Part shown: positions 45,288-56,345 of the stretch, one piece after another | Layout: each line of letters begins with the position of its first letter | How positions within the stretch are numbered: the first letter of the stretch is position 1 | From: Bilifractor sp. | GTDB lineage: Bacteria; Bacillota; Clostridia; Lachnospirales; Lachnospiraceae | Assembly: GCA_051879715.1 (NCBI GenBank) | Contig: JBJEMO010000071.1 | Coordinates: forward strand, 4,762 to 68,761 | Length of the DNA: 64,000 bases | Direction of reading: 5' to 3' | Notes under the pieces: model-generated | Database searches by the model: none | Told to the model about the DNA's origin: nothing | What the model saw: only the letters and a program-made list of their open reading frames with translations | Made by a program: the position numbers and the translations under genes

Positions 45288-46547
45288 TCAGCAACATGAC
45301 TCTCCTGCATGCAGTCCTGCTGCGTAGCCGCTGGACCAGGCCCACTGCAGATTGTAACCTCCACAGGGCCCGTCAACATTTACAGATTCACCGGTAAAAT
45401 ACAGACCGGGGATTTTCCGGCATTCCATATCTTCTGTCAGTTCGTCTGTATGAATTCCCCCGGAACAGATCTGGGCATGACGAAGACCGGCTGTTCCGGT
45501 GACAGTTACGGTACAGGCTTTGATCCTTGCTGCTGTTTTGCGTAACAGCTGTGCACTGTTACCCTTTCCGGAAGAAGTCTTTTCTGCAAATACAGATATC
45601 AGCTTGTCCGGAATAAGCCCGATCAGCAGGTCGGATACAGGTGCTCCGGGATGCATAGCCGCTCTGCCCAGAAGATCCTTATACAGCGATGCTTCATCCA
45701 TATCAGGCATAAAATCCAGCAGTACACGAACAGACTGACTTTGAGATATACCTTTGGAAGCAAAGCGACTGACCTGAAATACCGGTATTCCTGAAATACC
45801 GAAATCTGTCAGCTGTACTTCACCGGTATCAGAGGCCATAAGAACCTTGTCCACAAACAGCTGAACGGTTGCGTGCACACGTGTTCCTGCCCAGAGATTT
45901 GTGATGTTCTCCCGGATTTTCAGCGGTACAAGTGACGGAAGAAAGGGAACGATCTGAAGATGCAGGTCCCGTGCAAAGCACATGGCGGAATCAGAGGATC
46001 CCCGCACAGAAGAAGCAGGACTTCCAGTGGCGATGATCACGGAATCCGCTGTATAGGTCCAGGTAGCTGTATGTACATGAAAACCGGACCCGTGCGCAGG
46101 ATCAGGATCATTCTCCTGGTCCTGCGCACAGGGCTGTACCTTTATTATCTTTTCGTTGCATTTGATCCGCACATTTCTTCGTCCGGCTTCCATCATCAGA
46201 AGGCGGAGAACCTGTGAGGCCTGCTCTGTATAGGGATATATCCATCCGTTTCTGTCCAGTGTCCGCAGCCCGAGCTGGTGAAAAAAGCGCAGCGTATCTA
46301 CATTGTTGAACCTGAACAGGATTTTCTCTGTCAGAGCAGAATTCCCGCCACGATAATGATCCGGAGACATATCCAGATTGGTGAGATTGCATTTTCCATT
46401 TCCGGTGGCAAGAATCTTGCGGCCGGGGCGGTCATTCTGTTCAAGCACCGTAACACTTGCACCGAGCCCTGCCGCAGTGATGGCTGCCATCAGGCCGGAT
46501 GCGCCTGCACCGATTACGATTACCTTAGCCGACATGATTATCTCCAT
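45288..46547 (-). CDS. HI0933/BaiN-family NAD(P)/FAD-dependent oxidoreductase
   Basis: VIVIGAGASGLMAAI dinucleotide-binding motif. The length and C-terminal GGYNLQWAWSSG motif are typical of the family. Confidence 0.8.
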   Translation of the reverse strand: MEIIMSAKVIVIGAGASGLMAAITAAGLGASVTVLEQNDRPGRKILATGNGKCNLTNLDMSPDHYRGGNSALTEKILFRFNNVDTLRFFHQLGLRTLDRNGWIYPYTEQASQVLRLLMMEAGRRNVRIKCNEKIIKVQPCAQDQENDPDPAHGSGFHVHTATWTYTADSVIIATGSPASSVRGSSDSAMCFARDLHLQIVPFLPSLVPLKIRENITNLWAGTRVHATVQLFVDKVLMASDTGEVQLTDFGISGIPVFQVSRFASKGISQSQSVRVLLDFMPDMDEASLYKDLLGRAAMHPGAPVSDLLIGLIPDKLISVFAEKTSSGKGNSAQLLRKTAARIKACTVTVTGTAGLRHAQICSGGIHTDELTEDMECRKIPGLYFTGESVNVDGPCGGYNLQWAWSSGYAAGLHAGESCC

Positions 46548-46709
46548 TCCGTGTGTAATCGCTTCTGATACGTGAGGTTATGAAGTGATTATGTTTCACA
46601 CTATACTTTTGCCGGACTGATTCAGATCCCTCAGTTGTATCCGGATCCGTTATTACCTCAGCTGTTTTCGGATCCGTTGTAAACTCTGGTGCATCAGAAT
46701 CCGATGTGA

Positions 46710-47999
46710 TCAGTCGAGATGCACCAGACCTGCATCAATTACCTTCTGCAGACTGATCATGATACCCAGCTTTCCATGGGGCCATGTGAGTCCTCCCTGA
46801 AAATAAACGGCATAGGGAGGACGGATCGGACCGTCTGCCGAGAGTTCAATAGATGAGCCCTGCACAAAGGCCCCTGCTGCCATAATTACATCAGAATCAT
46901 ATCCCGGCATCGGCCATGGCTCCGGTGTGACATAGCTGTCCACAGGTGCTGCAGCCTGAATTCCCTGACAAAAAGCAATGACGCCCTCCGGCTTTCCAAA
47001 CGTGACAGCCTGAATAATGTCATGTCTGTCCTCCGTGGAATTCGGGACAACCGGAAAACCAAGACTCTCGTAAACATTTGCAGCAAAAATCGCACTCTTG
47101 AGTGCGCTGGCCGTTACAGTCGGCGCGAGGAAAAATCCCTGGTAGAAGGAAGGGTTCATTCCGATCGACGCACCGACCTCTTTGCCAAGCCCGGGTGTAG
47201 TGAGACGGTATGCCGCATTGGCGACACATTCCTTTGTACCAACGATATATCCTCCGATAGGTGCCAGCCCGCCACCCGGATTTTTGATCATGGAACCTAC
47301 CATCATATCTGCACCAACGTCCGTTGGCTCAATCCGCTCTACAAATTCACCATAGCAGTTGTCTACCATACAGATCACATCCGGACGAATCCCCTTGATA
47401 AAGTGGATCAGTTCACCGATTTCCTGTACAGAGAATGTATGACGGGTCTGATATCCCTTAGAGCGCTGAATCGTCACGAGCCTGGTATGCTCATTCAAAG
47501 CTTTCCGGATTCCATCGTAATCAAAGGATCCGTCCGGAAGCAGATCCACCTGACGATAGGTGATTCCATACTCTGCGAGAGAACCTCTGGAAGGTCTGAT
47601 ACCGATCACTTCCTCCAGTGTATCATAGGGTTTTCCAACCGGTGAGAGCAGCTCATCTCCAGGACGCAGATTACCGGCAAGTGCAATCCCAAGTGCATGT
47701 GTGCCGCAGGCGATCAGAGGTCTTACCAGCGCGTCCTCTGTATGAAAGGTGGAGGCGAACACTTTCTCCAGTGTATCTCTGCCCAGGTCATTATAGCCAT
47801 AACCCGTTGAAGGATACAGACATGCCTCGCTCACGCGGTTTTCCTGCATTGCATGAATGACCTTCATCTGATTATATTCAGCGGTATCGTCAATCTGTGC
47901 AAAGCGGTCCTTCAGCGCGTCCGCAATTTTTCCGCAGAAAACAGCAGTCTTCTCTGCTATACCGAAATTTTCATACATTTTGAGTTCTTCTTCTGTCAT
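46710..47999 (-). CDS. Methionine gamma-lyase-family PLP protein (YnbB / aluminium-resistance family)
   Basis: Family-typical N-terminus (..IDDTAEYNQMKVIHAMQENRVSE) and SMIKNPGGG PLP-lysine region, in the conserved miaA-adjacent position. Confidence 0.75.
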   Translation of the reverse strand: MTEEELKMYENFGIAEKTAVFCGKIADALKDRFAQIDDTAEYNQMKVIHAMQENRVSEACLYPSTGYGYNDLGRDTLEKVFASTFHTEDALVRPLIACGTHALGIALAGNLRPGDELLSPVGKPYDTLEEVIGIRPSRGSLAEYGITYRQVDLLPDGSFDYDGIRKALNEHTRLVTIQRSKGYQTRHTFSVQEIGELIHFIKGIRPDVICMVDNCYGEFVERIEPTDVGADMMVGSMIKNPGGGLAPIGGYIVGTKECVANAAYRLTTPGLGKEVGASIGMNPSFYQGFFLAPTVTASALKSAIFAANVYESLGFPVVPNSTEDRHDIIQAVTFGKPEGVIAFCQGIQAAAPVDSYVTPEPWPMPGYDSDVIMAAGAFVQGSSIELSADGPIRPPYAVYFQGGLTWPHGKLGIMISLQKVIDAGLVHLD

Positions 48000-48106
48000 A
48001 TTATCCTCTATTCATATTGAAAATCATTCTTATTGGAAATCATATTTATTAAAATTCATATGATATTGGTGTCAAAAGGTAAATGTATAAGGAATTGTCT
48101 TGAAAA

Positions 48107-49132
48107 TCAGGTACTATCCCTGTTCAGCTTTGCACGCCAAAGCATCAGCATATAATCCAGAATAGCCTGCTCGTCATGATCAAAGGTCTCCTTGTCAATC
48201 CAGATGACATCGCTCTCTCTTTTGAACCAGGTAATCTGGCGTTTCGCGAAATGTCTGGTATCACGCTTGATTGTGTCAACTGCCTCTTCCAGCGTACATC
48301 TGCCATCCAGATAAGGAAACAGCTCCTTATATCCCAGTCCCTTCATCGATACGTGATCCTCTGTAAGCCCCCTGTCCTTCAGTCTCTTTACCTCATCGAC
48401 CAGACCATCCGCAATCATCTGGTCCACTCTCTGATCGATCCGTTCATACAGTACGCGCCTGTCCTCATTGAGCACAAAGTACAGATAACAGTAGGGAGAA
48501 GGCTTTTCCCGCTGTTCCTCATTGTGTCTGGAGATTGGCATACCGCTCTGATCAAAAAACTCAAGCGCGCGGATCACCCTCTTCACATTATGGGGATGAA
48601 TCGCAGCAGCTGCTCCCGGATCTTTTTCGGCGAGAACTGCGTGCAGGTATTCCGGTCCTTTTTCCATGGCAATCTTCTCGTAAGCAGACCGTATATCAGA
48701 TCTGCCCTCGCTCTCTGTAAAATCAATATCACGGAGAACAGCCTGTATATAGAAGCCTGTTCCACCGGTCAGAATCGGTACCTGTCCATTCGCCCAGATC
48801 TCCTGCATGGCTGCAAGGGACAGCTTTTGAAACAGGGCTACATTGAAATCCTCTTCCGGTTCCAGCACATCGATCAGATAATGCGGAATTCCCTGCCGCT
48901 GGTTCGGAGGAATCTTGGCGGATCCGATATCCATGCCCTTATAGACCTGCATGGAATCTGCTGATACGATCGCCCCGTTTACAGCCGCTGCCAGCTTCAG
49001 AGAAAGTGATGTTTTACCCACAGCCGTAGGTCCTGTCAGCACAAGAACCGGCTTTTTCTTCAAAGAAGAATAGTCGAAGAATGTATCTGCTGATGCAGAA
49101 CCGGGTTTGTTTTCAGTATTTTGCAATGACAA
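48107..49132 (-). CDS. miaA: tRNA dimethylallyltransferase
   Basis: P-loop GPTAVGKTS and conserved SADSMQVYKGMDIGSAK. TTG start. Confidence 0.9.
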   Translation of the reverse strand: MSLQNTENKPGSASADTFFDYSSLKKKPVLVLTGPTAVGKTSLSLKLAAAVNGAIVSADSMQVYKGMDIGSAKIPPNQRQGIPHYLIDVLEPEEDFNVALFQKLSLAAMQEIWANGQVPILTGGTGFYIQAVLRDIDFTESEGRSDIRSAYEKIAMEKGPEYLHAVLAEKDPGAAAAIHPHNVKRVIRALEFFDQSGMPISRHNEEQREKPSPYCYLYFVLNEDRRVLYERIDQRVDQMIADGLVDEVKRLKDRGLTEDHVSMKGLGYKELFPYLDGRCTLEEAVDTIKRDTRHFAKRQITWFKRESDVIWIDKETFDHDEQAILDYMLMLWRAKLNRDST

Positions 49133-49159
49133 TTCTGTAAATCTCCTGTTATCAGATGA

Positions 49160-51310
49160 TCATACGATCCGCTTGAATTTTTTGTCCAGCTCATAGCGTG
49201 TCATACGGATAATGGTCGGCCTTCCGTGCGGACAATTGTAGGGATTTTCCAGCGTCAGGAGCTCGTCAATCAGCGCCTCAGCCTCTTTTTGTGACATGAG
49301 ATGATTACCCTTGACTGCAGCCTTGCAGGACATGGAGGCGATTCTTTCAGGAATACTGTCCGGAGACACATCGCCGATTTCTGAAAGCTGGTCCAGAATT
49401 TCCGTAAAAAGCCTGTCTGAGGCAACAGAATACAGGTTGTCCGGAACGGCATTGATCTTAAAGGAGTTGCCTCCGAAGGCTTCAATTTCAAAGCCGAGCT
49501 TTGCAAAGGCATCCAGATTCCTCTCCAGAAGCCCTGCCTCCTTCGCACTGAGACTGACCACAATTGCCGGATACAGCATCTGTGCGTTTATTTTCTTCTC
49601 ACGGTAATTCTTCATCATCCGCTCATAATTGACCTTCTCATGGGCAGCATGCTGATCAATGATGTACATGGCGTCCTTATATTCCATGATCCAGTAGGTG
49701 TCAAATACCTGCCCGATGATACGGAACATTTTTCTGGAATTCGCAGAGAGGACACGCTCATCCTGAAAGAGGCTGAGCTGCTCTGGCCTTGAAGCAGTCT
49801 GTTTCTGCAGGTCTTTTGCATTCTCATCCTGGTTTTGCAGTTTCGTTGTGATACCGTTGGCACCATCACTGTCCGCCTGTGAAAGTGTACCCTGCATTGC
49901 TTTCAGAAATGCGGTATCCCCGGGAGCCCCGGTATTCAGTGCATCCGGGACATCTGATCCCTTTTCGGGATGCAGTTCCCTTTCCATCTGCAATGCAGCT
50001 TCTGCGCTGTGAGGCTGCTCATATGCTGCACGATTCTGTTTTTCTGGTGATGCAACATTGTTGCCATCTGATCCCTCAGATACGGAAATCCTGTCCGATG
50101 CGGTTACGCTCTTGTAGCTTCCGGATTCCCGTGCAACCTGCATGCCGGATCCGGATTGCATGGGTGATGCGGAGAATGATGCCTGTCTGATCCGGCCTTC
50201 ATTCTGCTGTCTTCTTACCTTCTCAAAGGGTTCAGGTGCATTGACATTCAGAACAGGAAGGTGTCCCGCTCTTTCGGTGTTTTTCTGTTTTTCCTTCCCG
50301 ATGGGGACCTCCGGAATACGCTCACGATTCATAAGTGTATTCTGTATGGCAAGGCAGAGCTGATGATACAGTTCCTCCTGACTTGAGAAACGGACCTCCA
50401 TCTTCTGGGGATGGACGTTTACATCCACCTTTGTGCCATCGATGTTCAGATACAGCAGCGTAAAGGGATATTTGTGCTGCATGAGAAAGCCGTGATAAGC
50501 ATCTTCGATCGCCTTGGACAGCAGCTGGCTTCTCACATATCTTCCGTTTACGAAATAGTACTCGAAGTTCCGGTTGCCCCGGGCAATATTCGGATTGCCG
50601 ATAAATCCATTCACTTCCATGAGTTCATTCTCAGCATGAATCGGTATTAAGGCACGGGTCAGATCCCTTCCAAAGATCTGATAGACAATCTCCCGCAGGT
50701 TACCGTTGCCGCTGGTATAGAGCCGGTTCTGTCCGTTCTGTATGAACTTGAAGGAGATCTCCGGATGGGACAGGGCCAGTTCCTCCACGAAGCTGCTGAC
50801 ATGATTGCCCTCCGTGACCGGAGATTTCAGAAACTTTGCACGGGCCGGCGTATTGAAAAACAGATTCCGCACAATAAAGGTGGTTCCCTGCGGGGCTCCG
50901 ATTTCCTCATATTCTTTTTCAACACCGCCTTCGATGGCATAACGGATGCCGGTCAGAGCCTCCGGCGTCTTTGTGATACACTCCACCTGGGCAACGGCAG
51001 CAATGCTCGACAATGCCTCACCACGGAAGCCGAGGGAGGAAATCTGCGCAAGATCCTCTGCCTTCCTTATTTTACTTGTGGCATGACGAAGAAACGCCTT
51101 GCGCACCTGATCAGAAGCAATACCTGCGCCGTTATCCGTAATGCGCATAAATGTAGTTCCGCCATCCCGGATCTCTATGGTAATGGCGCTCGCCTCAGCA
51201 TCGATCGCATTCTCTGTCAGTTCCTTGATCACAGATGCAGGGCGTTCAACCACTTCACCTGCGGCGATTTTATCGATGGTTGTTTTGTCCAGTAACTCGA
51301 TACTTCTCAT
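49160..51310 (-). CDS. mutL: DNA mismatch repair protein MutL
   Basis: GHKL ATPase N-terminus (IAAGEVVERPASVIKELTENAIDA), a variable linker and a C-terminal dimerisation domain (..QHAAHEKVNYE..CPHGRP). Confidence 0.95.
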   Translation of the reverse strand: MRSIELLDKTTIDKIAAGEVVERPASVIKELTENAIDAEASAITIEIRDGGTTFMRITDNGAGIASDQVRKAFLRHATSKIRKAEDLAQISSLGFRGEALSSIAAVAQVECITKTPEALTGIRYAIEGGVEKEYEEIGAPQGTTFIVRNLFFNTPARAKFLKSPVTEGNHVSSFVEELALSHPEISFKFIQNGQNRLYTSGNGNLREIVYQIFGRDLTRALIPIHAENELMEVNGFIGNPNIARGNRNFEYYFVNGRYVRSQLLSKAIEDAYHGFLMQHKYPFTLLYLNIDGTKVDVNVHPQKMEVRFSSQEELYHQLCLAIQNTLMNRERIPEVPIGKEKQKNTERAGHLPVLNVNAPEPFEKVRRQQNEGRIRQASFSASPMQSGSGMQVARESGSYKSVTASDRISVSEGSDGNNVASPEKQNRAAYEQPHSAEAALQMERELHPEKGSDVPDALNTGAPGDTAFLKAMQGTLSQADSDGANGITTKLQNQDENAKDLQKQTASRPEQLSLFQDERVLSANSRKMFRIIGQVFDTYWIMEYKDAMYIIDQHAAHEKVNYERMMKNYREKKINAQMLYPAIVVSLSAKEAGLLERNLDAFAKLGFEIEAFGGNSFKINAVPDNLYSVASDRLFTEILDQLSEIGDVSPDSIPERIASMSCKAAVKGNHLMSQKEAEALIDELLTLENPYNCPHGRPTIIRMTRYELDKKFKRIV

Positions 51311-51336
51311 TTCCTGTACCTGCCTTCCACTGCACC

Positions 51337-53976
51337 TTACCAGCGATTCTTTACTTCGCTCTGCAGATGATTCAGCATATTGAGTGCTTCGAGCGGTGTC
51401 ATGGAGGAGATATCAATCTCCCGGATCTCATTGATGATCTTATCATTGTCTGTGGTATCAAACAAAGACATCTGCTGCATGTCCACAGTGTCATAGTGAC
51501 GCGGCTTTCCCTTCTTCTGGCGGGACCCGGTCAGGCTCTTGATGGCAGCGGTGATATCCGCATCGGAGAGCTGTTCCAGAATCTCCTTTGCGCGGGAAAG
51601 AACGGCTTCAGGGACCCCCGCAAGACGGGCAACCTGTATGCCATAGCTCTTGTCTGCCCCGCCTCTGACGATTTTCCGGAGGAATACAATTCCGTCGCCC
51701 TTTTCCTTGACCGCAACACAATAGTTGTTGACACCGGCGATTTTTCCCTCTAGCTCGGTCAGCTCGTGAAAATGAGTGGCAAAAAGAGTTTTGGCACCGA
51801 TCTTCTTCGGATCAGCTACAAACTCGGTGATTGCCCATGCCAGTGCCAGGCCGTCGAAGGTGCTGGTTCCTCTTCCGATCTCATCCAGAATCAGCAGGCT
51901 GTTGGAGGTTGCATTTCTGAGAATATTTGCGACCTCACTCATCTCCACCATAAAGGTGGACTGTCCGCTTGCCAGATCATCTGAAGCGCCGACCCGGGTA
52001 AAGATCCGGTCTACGATACCGATATTGGCGGAGGTGGCAGGTACAAAGGAACCGATCTGGGCCATCAGAACAATCAGGGCCGTCTGACGCATATAGGTGG
52101 ATTTTCCGGCCATATTCGGACCTGTTATGATGGCCACACGGTGCTCCTGCTGATCCAGATAGGTGTCATTGGAGATAAAGAGATTGTCAGGAATCATCTT
52201 TTCCACCACCGGATGGCGGCCTTCCTTTATATCAATTTTTCCGCTCTTATTCAGCTTTGGTCTTACATAACGATTCCGTTCCGCCACATAGGAAAAAGAA
52301 CAGAAAACATCCAGGCAGGCAATAGCGTGGGCAGTACGCTGTACACGGGCTACATTTTTCCCGATCCTGTCCCGTACATCTGCAAAGAGCTCGTATTCAA
52401 GGGATCCCAGTCTGTCCTCTGCCCCTACAATCTGCTCCTCAATCTGTCTGAGAGCATCAGTGGTATAGCGCTCCGACCCGGTAAGCGTCTGCTTTCTCTG
52501 ATAGTCAGAAGGCACCTTGTCCTTGAAGGAATTTGTCACTTCAATGCAATAGCCGAATACCCTGCTGTACTTGACACGCAGTGTCTTGATACCGGTGCGC
52601 TCTCTTTCCTTTGCCTCAAGGTCAGACAGCCATTTCTGTCCGTCCTTTTTGGCTGACCTGTACTGGTCTACCTGTGCATTGTATCCGTCGCGTATAATAC
52701 CGCCGTCCTTCATTGCCATCGGCGGATCCTCGATAATCGCGGCGTCAATGGCCTGATAAAGGTCCTCGAGAGGATCCAGCTCCTTCTGTATGCCAGTCAG
52801 AAGGTCTCCCTGAAATCCGGTCAGAAGCTGACGGATAAAGGGGAGCATGTGAAGCGAGGTCTTAAATGCGATCAGATCTCTCGGATTTGCGGACTGATAA
52901 GTGATCCGGCTGGCCAGCCGCTCCAGATCATAGACGGGCTGCAGGTATTCCCTGATTTCATCCCGGATCATCGGCATTCCGGTCAGCTCTTCCACCGCAG
53001 TCAGCCTTTTCTCAATCTCGTCCTTGTTGATCAGGGGCTGTTCTATCATGTTCCGCAGCATGCGGGCACCCATAGCCGTGCGGGTGCGGTCAAGCACGCC
53101 AAGAAGTGAACCCTTCTTCTGCTTTTCCCTGAGGGTCTCCACCAGCTCAAGATTTCTACGGGTCGAGCTGTCCAGCAGCATGAAACGATCAGAAAAGTAA
53201 GGCGTGATGGAAGTCATCTGCTCCATATTGTTCTTCTGGGTTTCATACAGATACTGAAACAATGCGCCGGCAGCAATACTGCCACAGCCGAAATCATCCA
53301 GACCGAGGCCTTTCAGGTTTGAGACATGGAAATGCTTTTTTAATATTTTTTCACAGGATGCATCATCGAAATAATAATCATCCAGTGCGGAAACAGAAAT
53401 CCGCAGCCGTGTCCGCAGGTCGTTAATATCAAGCCCTGACATCAGCAGGCTCTGGTTGCAGATAATCTCAGATGGCATAAATTTCTGAATCTCATCCTGA
53501 AGCTTCTGCTCGGTATCTGTCTCGGAAACGAGGCACTGTCCTGTCGAGATGTCAGCTATGGACATCCCATAGCGGTCGGAAGTGCATACAATGCACATCA
53601 GATAATTATTCTTTGTCTCGTCAAGCTCTTCCTGGCTGATGACAGTGCCGGGTGTGACAACCCGGATGACCTCCCGCTTTACAAGACCCTTCGCCTTCTT
53701 GGGATCCTCAACCTGTTCGCAGATTGCCACCTTATGACCCAGGTCAATCAGACGCGTGATATAGGTGTCTGCCGCATGGAATGGCACACCGCACATCGGG
53801 GCCCGCTCTTCGAGACCGCAGTCTTTTCCGGTAAGTGTCAGCTCCAGCTCCTGGGAGACGGTCTTCGCGTCATCGAAAAACATCTCGTAGAAGTCGCCGA
53901 TCCGGTAAAATAGAATACAGTCCTTATATTCCTCCTTGGTGGCAAGATAATTCTGCATCATCGGTGATAATGCCAT
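51337..53976 (-). CDS. mutS: DNA mismatch repair protein MutS
   Basis: N-terminal mismatch-binding motif (TPMMQNYL..GDFYEMF), Walker A GPNMAGKST and DEIGRGTST. Confidence 0.95.
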   Translation of the reverse strand: MALSPMMQNYLATKEEYKDCILFYRIGDFYEMFFDDAKTVSQELELTLTGKDCGLEERAPMCGVPFHAADTYITRLIDLGHKVAICEQVEDPKKAKGLVKREVIRVVTPGTVISQEELDETKNNYLMCIVCTSDRYGMSIADISTGQCLVSETDTEQKLQDEIQKFMPSEIICNQSLLMSGLDINDLRTRLRISVSALDDYYFDDASCEKILKKHFHVSNLKGLGLDDFGCGSIAAGALFQYLYETQKNNMEQMTSITPYFSDRFMLLDSSTRRNLELVETLREKQKKGSLLGVLDRTRTAMGARMLRNMIEQPLINKDEIEKRLTAVEELTGMPMIRDEIREYLQPVYDLERLASRITYQSANPRDLIAFKTSLHMLPFIRQLLTGFQGDLLTGIQKELDPLEDLYQAIDAAIIEDPPMAMKDGGIIRDGYNAQVDQYRSAKKDGQKWLSDLEAKERERTGIKTLRVKYSRVFGYCIEVTNSFKDKVPSDYQRKQTLTGSERYTTDALRQIEEQIVGAEDRLGSLEYELFADVRDRIGKNVARVQRTAHAIACLDVFCSFSYVAERNRYVRPKLNKSGKIDIKEGRHPVVEKMIPDNLFISNDTYLDQQEHRVAIITGPNMAGKSTYMRQTALIVLMAQIGSFVPATSANIGIVDRIFTRVGASDDLASGQSTFMVEMSEVANILRNATSNSLLILDEIGRGTSTFDGLALAWAITEFVADPKKIGAKTLFATHFHELTELEGKIAGVNNYCVAVKEKGDGIVFLRKIVRGGADKSYGIQVARLAGVPEAVLSRAKEILEQLSDADITAAIKSLTGSRQKKGKPRHYDTVDMQQMSLFDTTDNDKIINEIREIDISSMTPLEALNMLNHLQSEVKNRW

Positions 53977-54041
53977 GGATGGAAACCTCCCTTTCTCTGT
54001 CCATACCTATGCAATATCTGCAGGTTTCCTCTGACCAGACG

Positions 54042-55499
54042 TCAGAGCGCATGACCCATATAGTAGAAGCCATGACATTCATCCAGATGCACAGGTACAA
54101 TCTGTCCGATCAGATCCGGACTTCCCGGAAAATGCACGACAATGTTGTTGTCCATTCTTCCGGTCACAAGCTTTTCATCCTGTTCATTTACCTGCTCTAC
54201 GAGGACCTCCTTATCCTGCCCGAGGAACCGGGCACTCTGCTGCCTGCCGGTTTCCTGAACCAGGGCGAGGAGACGGTCAAAACGGTCCCGGATGACATCT
54301 TCCGGCACCTGGTTTTCCATTTTGGCTGCGGGGGTACCGCTTCTTTTGGAATAGATAAAGGTAAAGGCACTGTCATAGCGTACCCGTCTTACCACATCCA
54401 GAGTCTCCTGAAAATCCTCCTCTGTTTCTCCAGGATACCCTACAATGATGTCTGTCGTAAGAGAAATATCTGGAATTGCAGCCCGGATGCGGTCCACCAG
54501 TGCAAGATAGGACTCCTTTGTGTAATGGCGGTTCATATCCCGGAGAATCCTTGTGCTTCCGGACTGCAGGGGCAGGTGAAGATGACGGCAGATCTTTGGA
54601 TATTTTGCCATGACGGCGATCAGTTCATCGGAAAGGTCCTTGGGATGGGAGGTCATGAAACGGATCCGGTCCAGCCCCTGGATCTGTGCAATCCGTTCAA
54701 GAAGCTCCGCAAAAGAAATCGGATGGCTCAGATTCTTTCCATAGGAATTGACGTTCTGTCCCAGCAGCATGACCTCCCGGACGCCGTCATTTACCAGATC
54801 TTCGATTTCATGAATAATGTCCTCCGGCTCTCTGCTTTTTTCTCTTCCCCGTACATAGGGTACAATGCAGTAGCTGCAGAAGTTATTGCAGCCGTACATG
54901 ATATTTACGCCGGACTTGAAGGAATATTTGCGGTCGACCGGAAGCTGTTCCACCATGCGGTCAGAACTCTGCTGGATATCAATGATCATCCGGTCCGGAT
55001 GCTCCAGCGCATTGGAAATCAGCTCAGCAAGCTTGTAGATATTGTGCGTGCCGAAGATCAGATTGACGAACCGATAACTTTGCTTCAGCTTCTGCACTAC
55101 ATGTTCCTCCTGCATCATGCATCCGCACAGCCCGATCATCATATGGGGATTTTTTTTCTTATAGGAATGGAGCTTTCCCAGGCGTCCGTATACCTTGGTA
55201 TTAGCGTTTTCGCGTACAGTACAGGTATTGTAGATGACAAGGTCCGCATCCTCTGAATCTGACTGAAGGTATCCGATTTCCTCCAGAATGCCCCGCAGCT
55301 TTTCGGAATCTCTCGCATTCATCTGGCATCCGAAGGTTACAACACAGAAGGTTAGCTGTCTTCCGGCAATTGCGGAAATATTCTTCAGGTTCTGACGTGC
55401 TCTTTCAATGAAATAGAACTGGCGGAAGGGTTCATTTTCCGGAGCCGGTTTCTGAAGGTCCATTCCGCTGATGATGGCATCGTATTTCTGATTGTTCAT
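54042..55499 (-). CDS. miaB: tRNA-i6A37 methylthiotransferase
   Basis: UPF0004 N-terminal Cys motifs, radical-SAM CNNFCSYC and a C-terminal TRAM domain. Confidence 0.9.
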   Translation of the reverse strand: MNNQKYDAIISGMDLQKPAPENEPFRQFYFIERARQNLKNISAIAGRQLTFCVVTFGCQMNARDSEKLRGILEEIGYLQSDSEDADLVIYNTCTVRENANTKVYGRLGKLHSYKKKNPHMMIGLCGCMMQEEHVVQKLKQSYRFVNLIFGTHNIYKLAELISNALEHPDRMIIDIQQSSDRMVEQLPVDRKYSFKSGVNIMYGCNNFCSYCIVPYVRGREKSREPEDIIHEIEDLVNDGVREVMLLGQNVNSYGKNLSHPISFAELLERIAQIQGLDRIRFMTSHPKDLSDELIAVMAKYPKICRHLHLPLQSGSTRILRDMNRHYTKESYLALVDRIRAAIPDISLTTDIIVGYPGETEEDFQETLDVVRRVRYDSAFTFIYSKRSGTPAAKMENQVPEDVIRDRFDRLLALVQETGRQQSARFLGQDKEVLVEQVNEQDEKLVTGRMDNNIVVHFPGSPDLIGQIVPVHLDECHGFYYMGHAL

Positions 55500-55654
55500 G
55501 ATGACTGATCCTTTCCTGATTCACCGATATCGTTCGATTATCCGGGAGAGTATGGATAAAAATAGCGAATATTAAATCGTAATATTAAAGCAAAGAGTAT
55601 TAAACCAGTGAATATGAATTTAGTGAATATTATATATGCTTAGTAAATATTATA

Positions 55655-56218
55655 TTAGTGAATGATGCGCTTTTCAGTGGCAAGATACTGCGGCCGGATG
55701 TCATGTTCATCCGATGGAATCCGGTCAAAAATCTGGAATTCAAATGCCACCGCTATGGTGGTGTGGCGGGTATGTGCTGCCAGATATCTGTCATAATAGC
55801 CGCCCCCATATCCACAGCGGCCGCGGTTTTCATCAAAGGCGACGCCCGGTACAATGAGCAGCGCATCCTCGTCTGCATCTGCATTCTGTACAATCCCCGG
55901 ACAATGGGTGATGGGCTCCAGAATACCCATGATTCCACTCTCCAGCTGCCCAAAGTATTCAATATAATAGAAGTTCATGTCCCTGCCATTTACCTTGGGC
56001 ACGGCTACACGCTTCCCATCCTGCCAGCACCGCTCGATGAAGGAACGGGTCATTACCTCATGCTTGTGGTCCATATAACAGAACACCGATGAGGCGGACT
56101 GGTAACATGCACTCTCCGTAATTCTGGAGAAAATAGCCTGGCTGTTTCTCTGCACCTCTTCGTCAGACGCTGCTCTCCGTCTGGCAAAGACTGTTTTTCT
56201 AAGCTCCTTTTTGTCCAT
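55655..56218 (-). CDS. 5-formyltetrahydrofolate cyclo-ligase
   Basis: MTHFS family character (KELRKTVFARRRA...; GYGGGYYDRYL motif). Confidence 0.85.
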   Translation of the reverse strand: MDKKELRKTVFARRRAASDEEVQRNSQAIFSRITESACYQSASSVFCYMDHKHEVMTRSFIERCWQDGKRVAVPKVNGRDMNFYYIEYFGQLESGIMGILEPITHCPGIVQNADADEDALLIVPGVAFDENRGRCGYGGGYYDRYLAAHTRHTTIAVAFEFQIFDRIPSDEHDIRPQYLATEKRIIH

Positions 56219-56345
56219 GTTCTCCTGCCCTTTCCACTCTTTTATCTCAGCTTATGCATTTACCGTTTTACCCCAATATCATGATACCAATATTATGATA
56301 TCAGGATAAGAATGAAAATGTATAACATACTATCTCGCCTGGATT

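Noticed and set aside
48176-48964. 262-aa + strand ORF
   Set aside because: It is antisense to miaA. There are no recognisable motifs, so it is a shadow ORF of a conserved gene.
53835-55256. 473-aa ORF on the + strand
   Set aside because: It is entirely antisense to the strongly recognisable mutS 5' end and miaB. Its composition is biased (R/S/H/L-rich), with no motifs and no RBS, which is typical of a shadow ORF.
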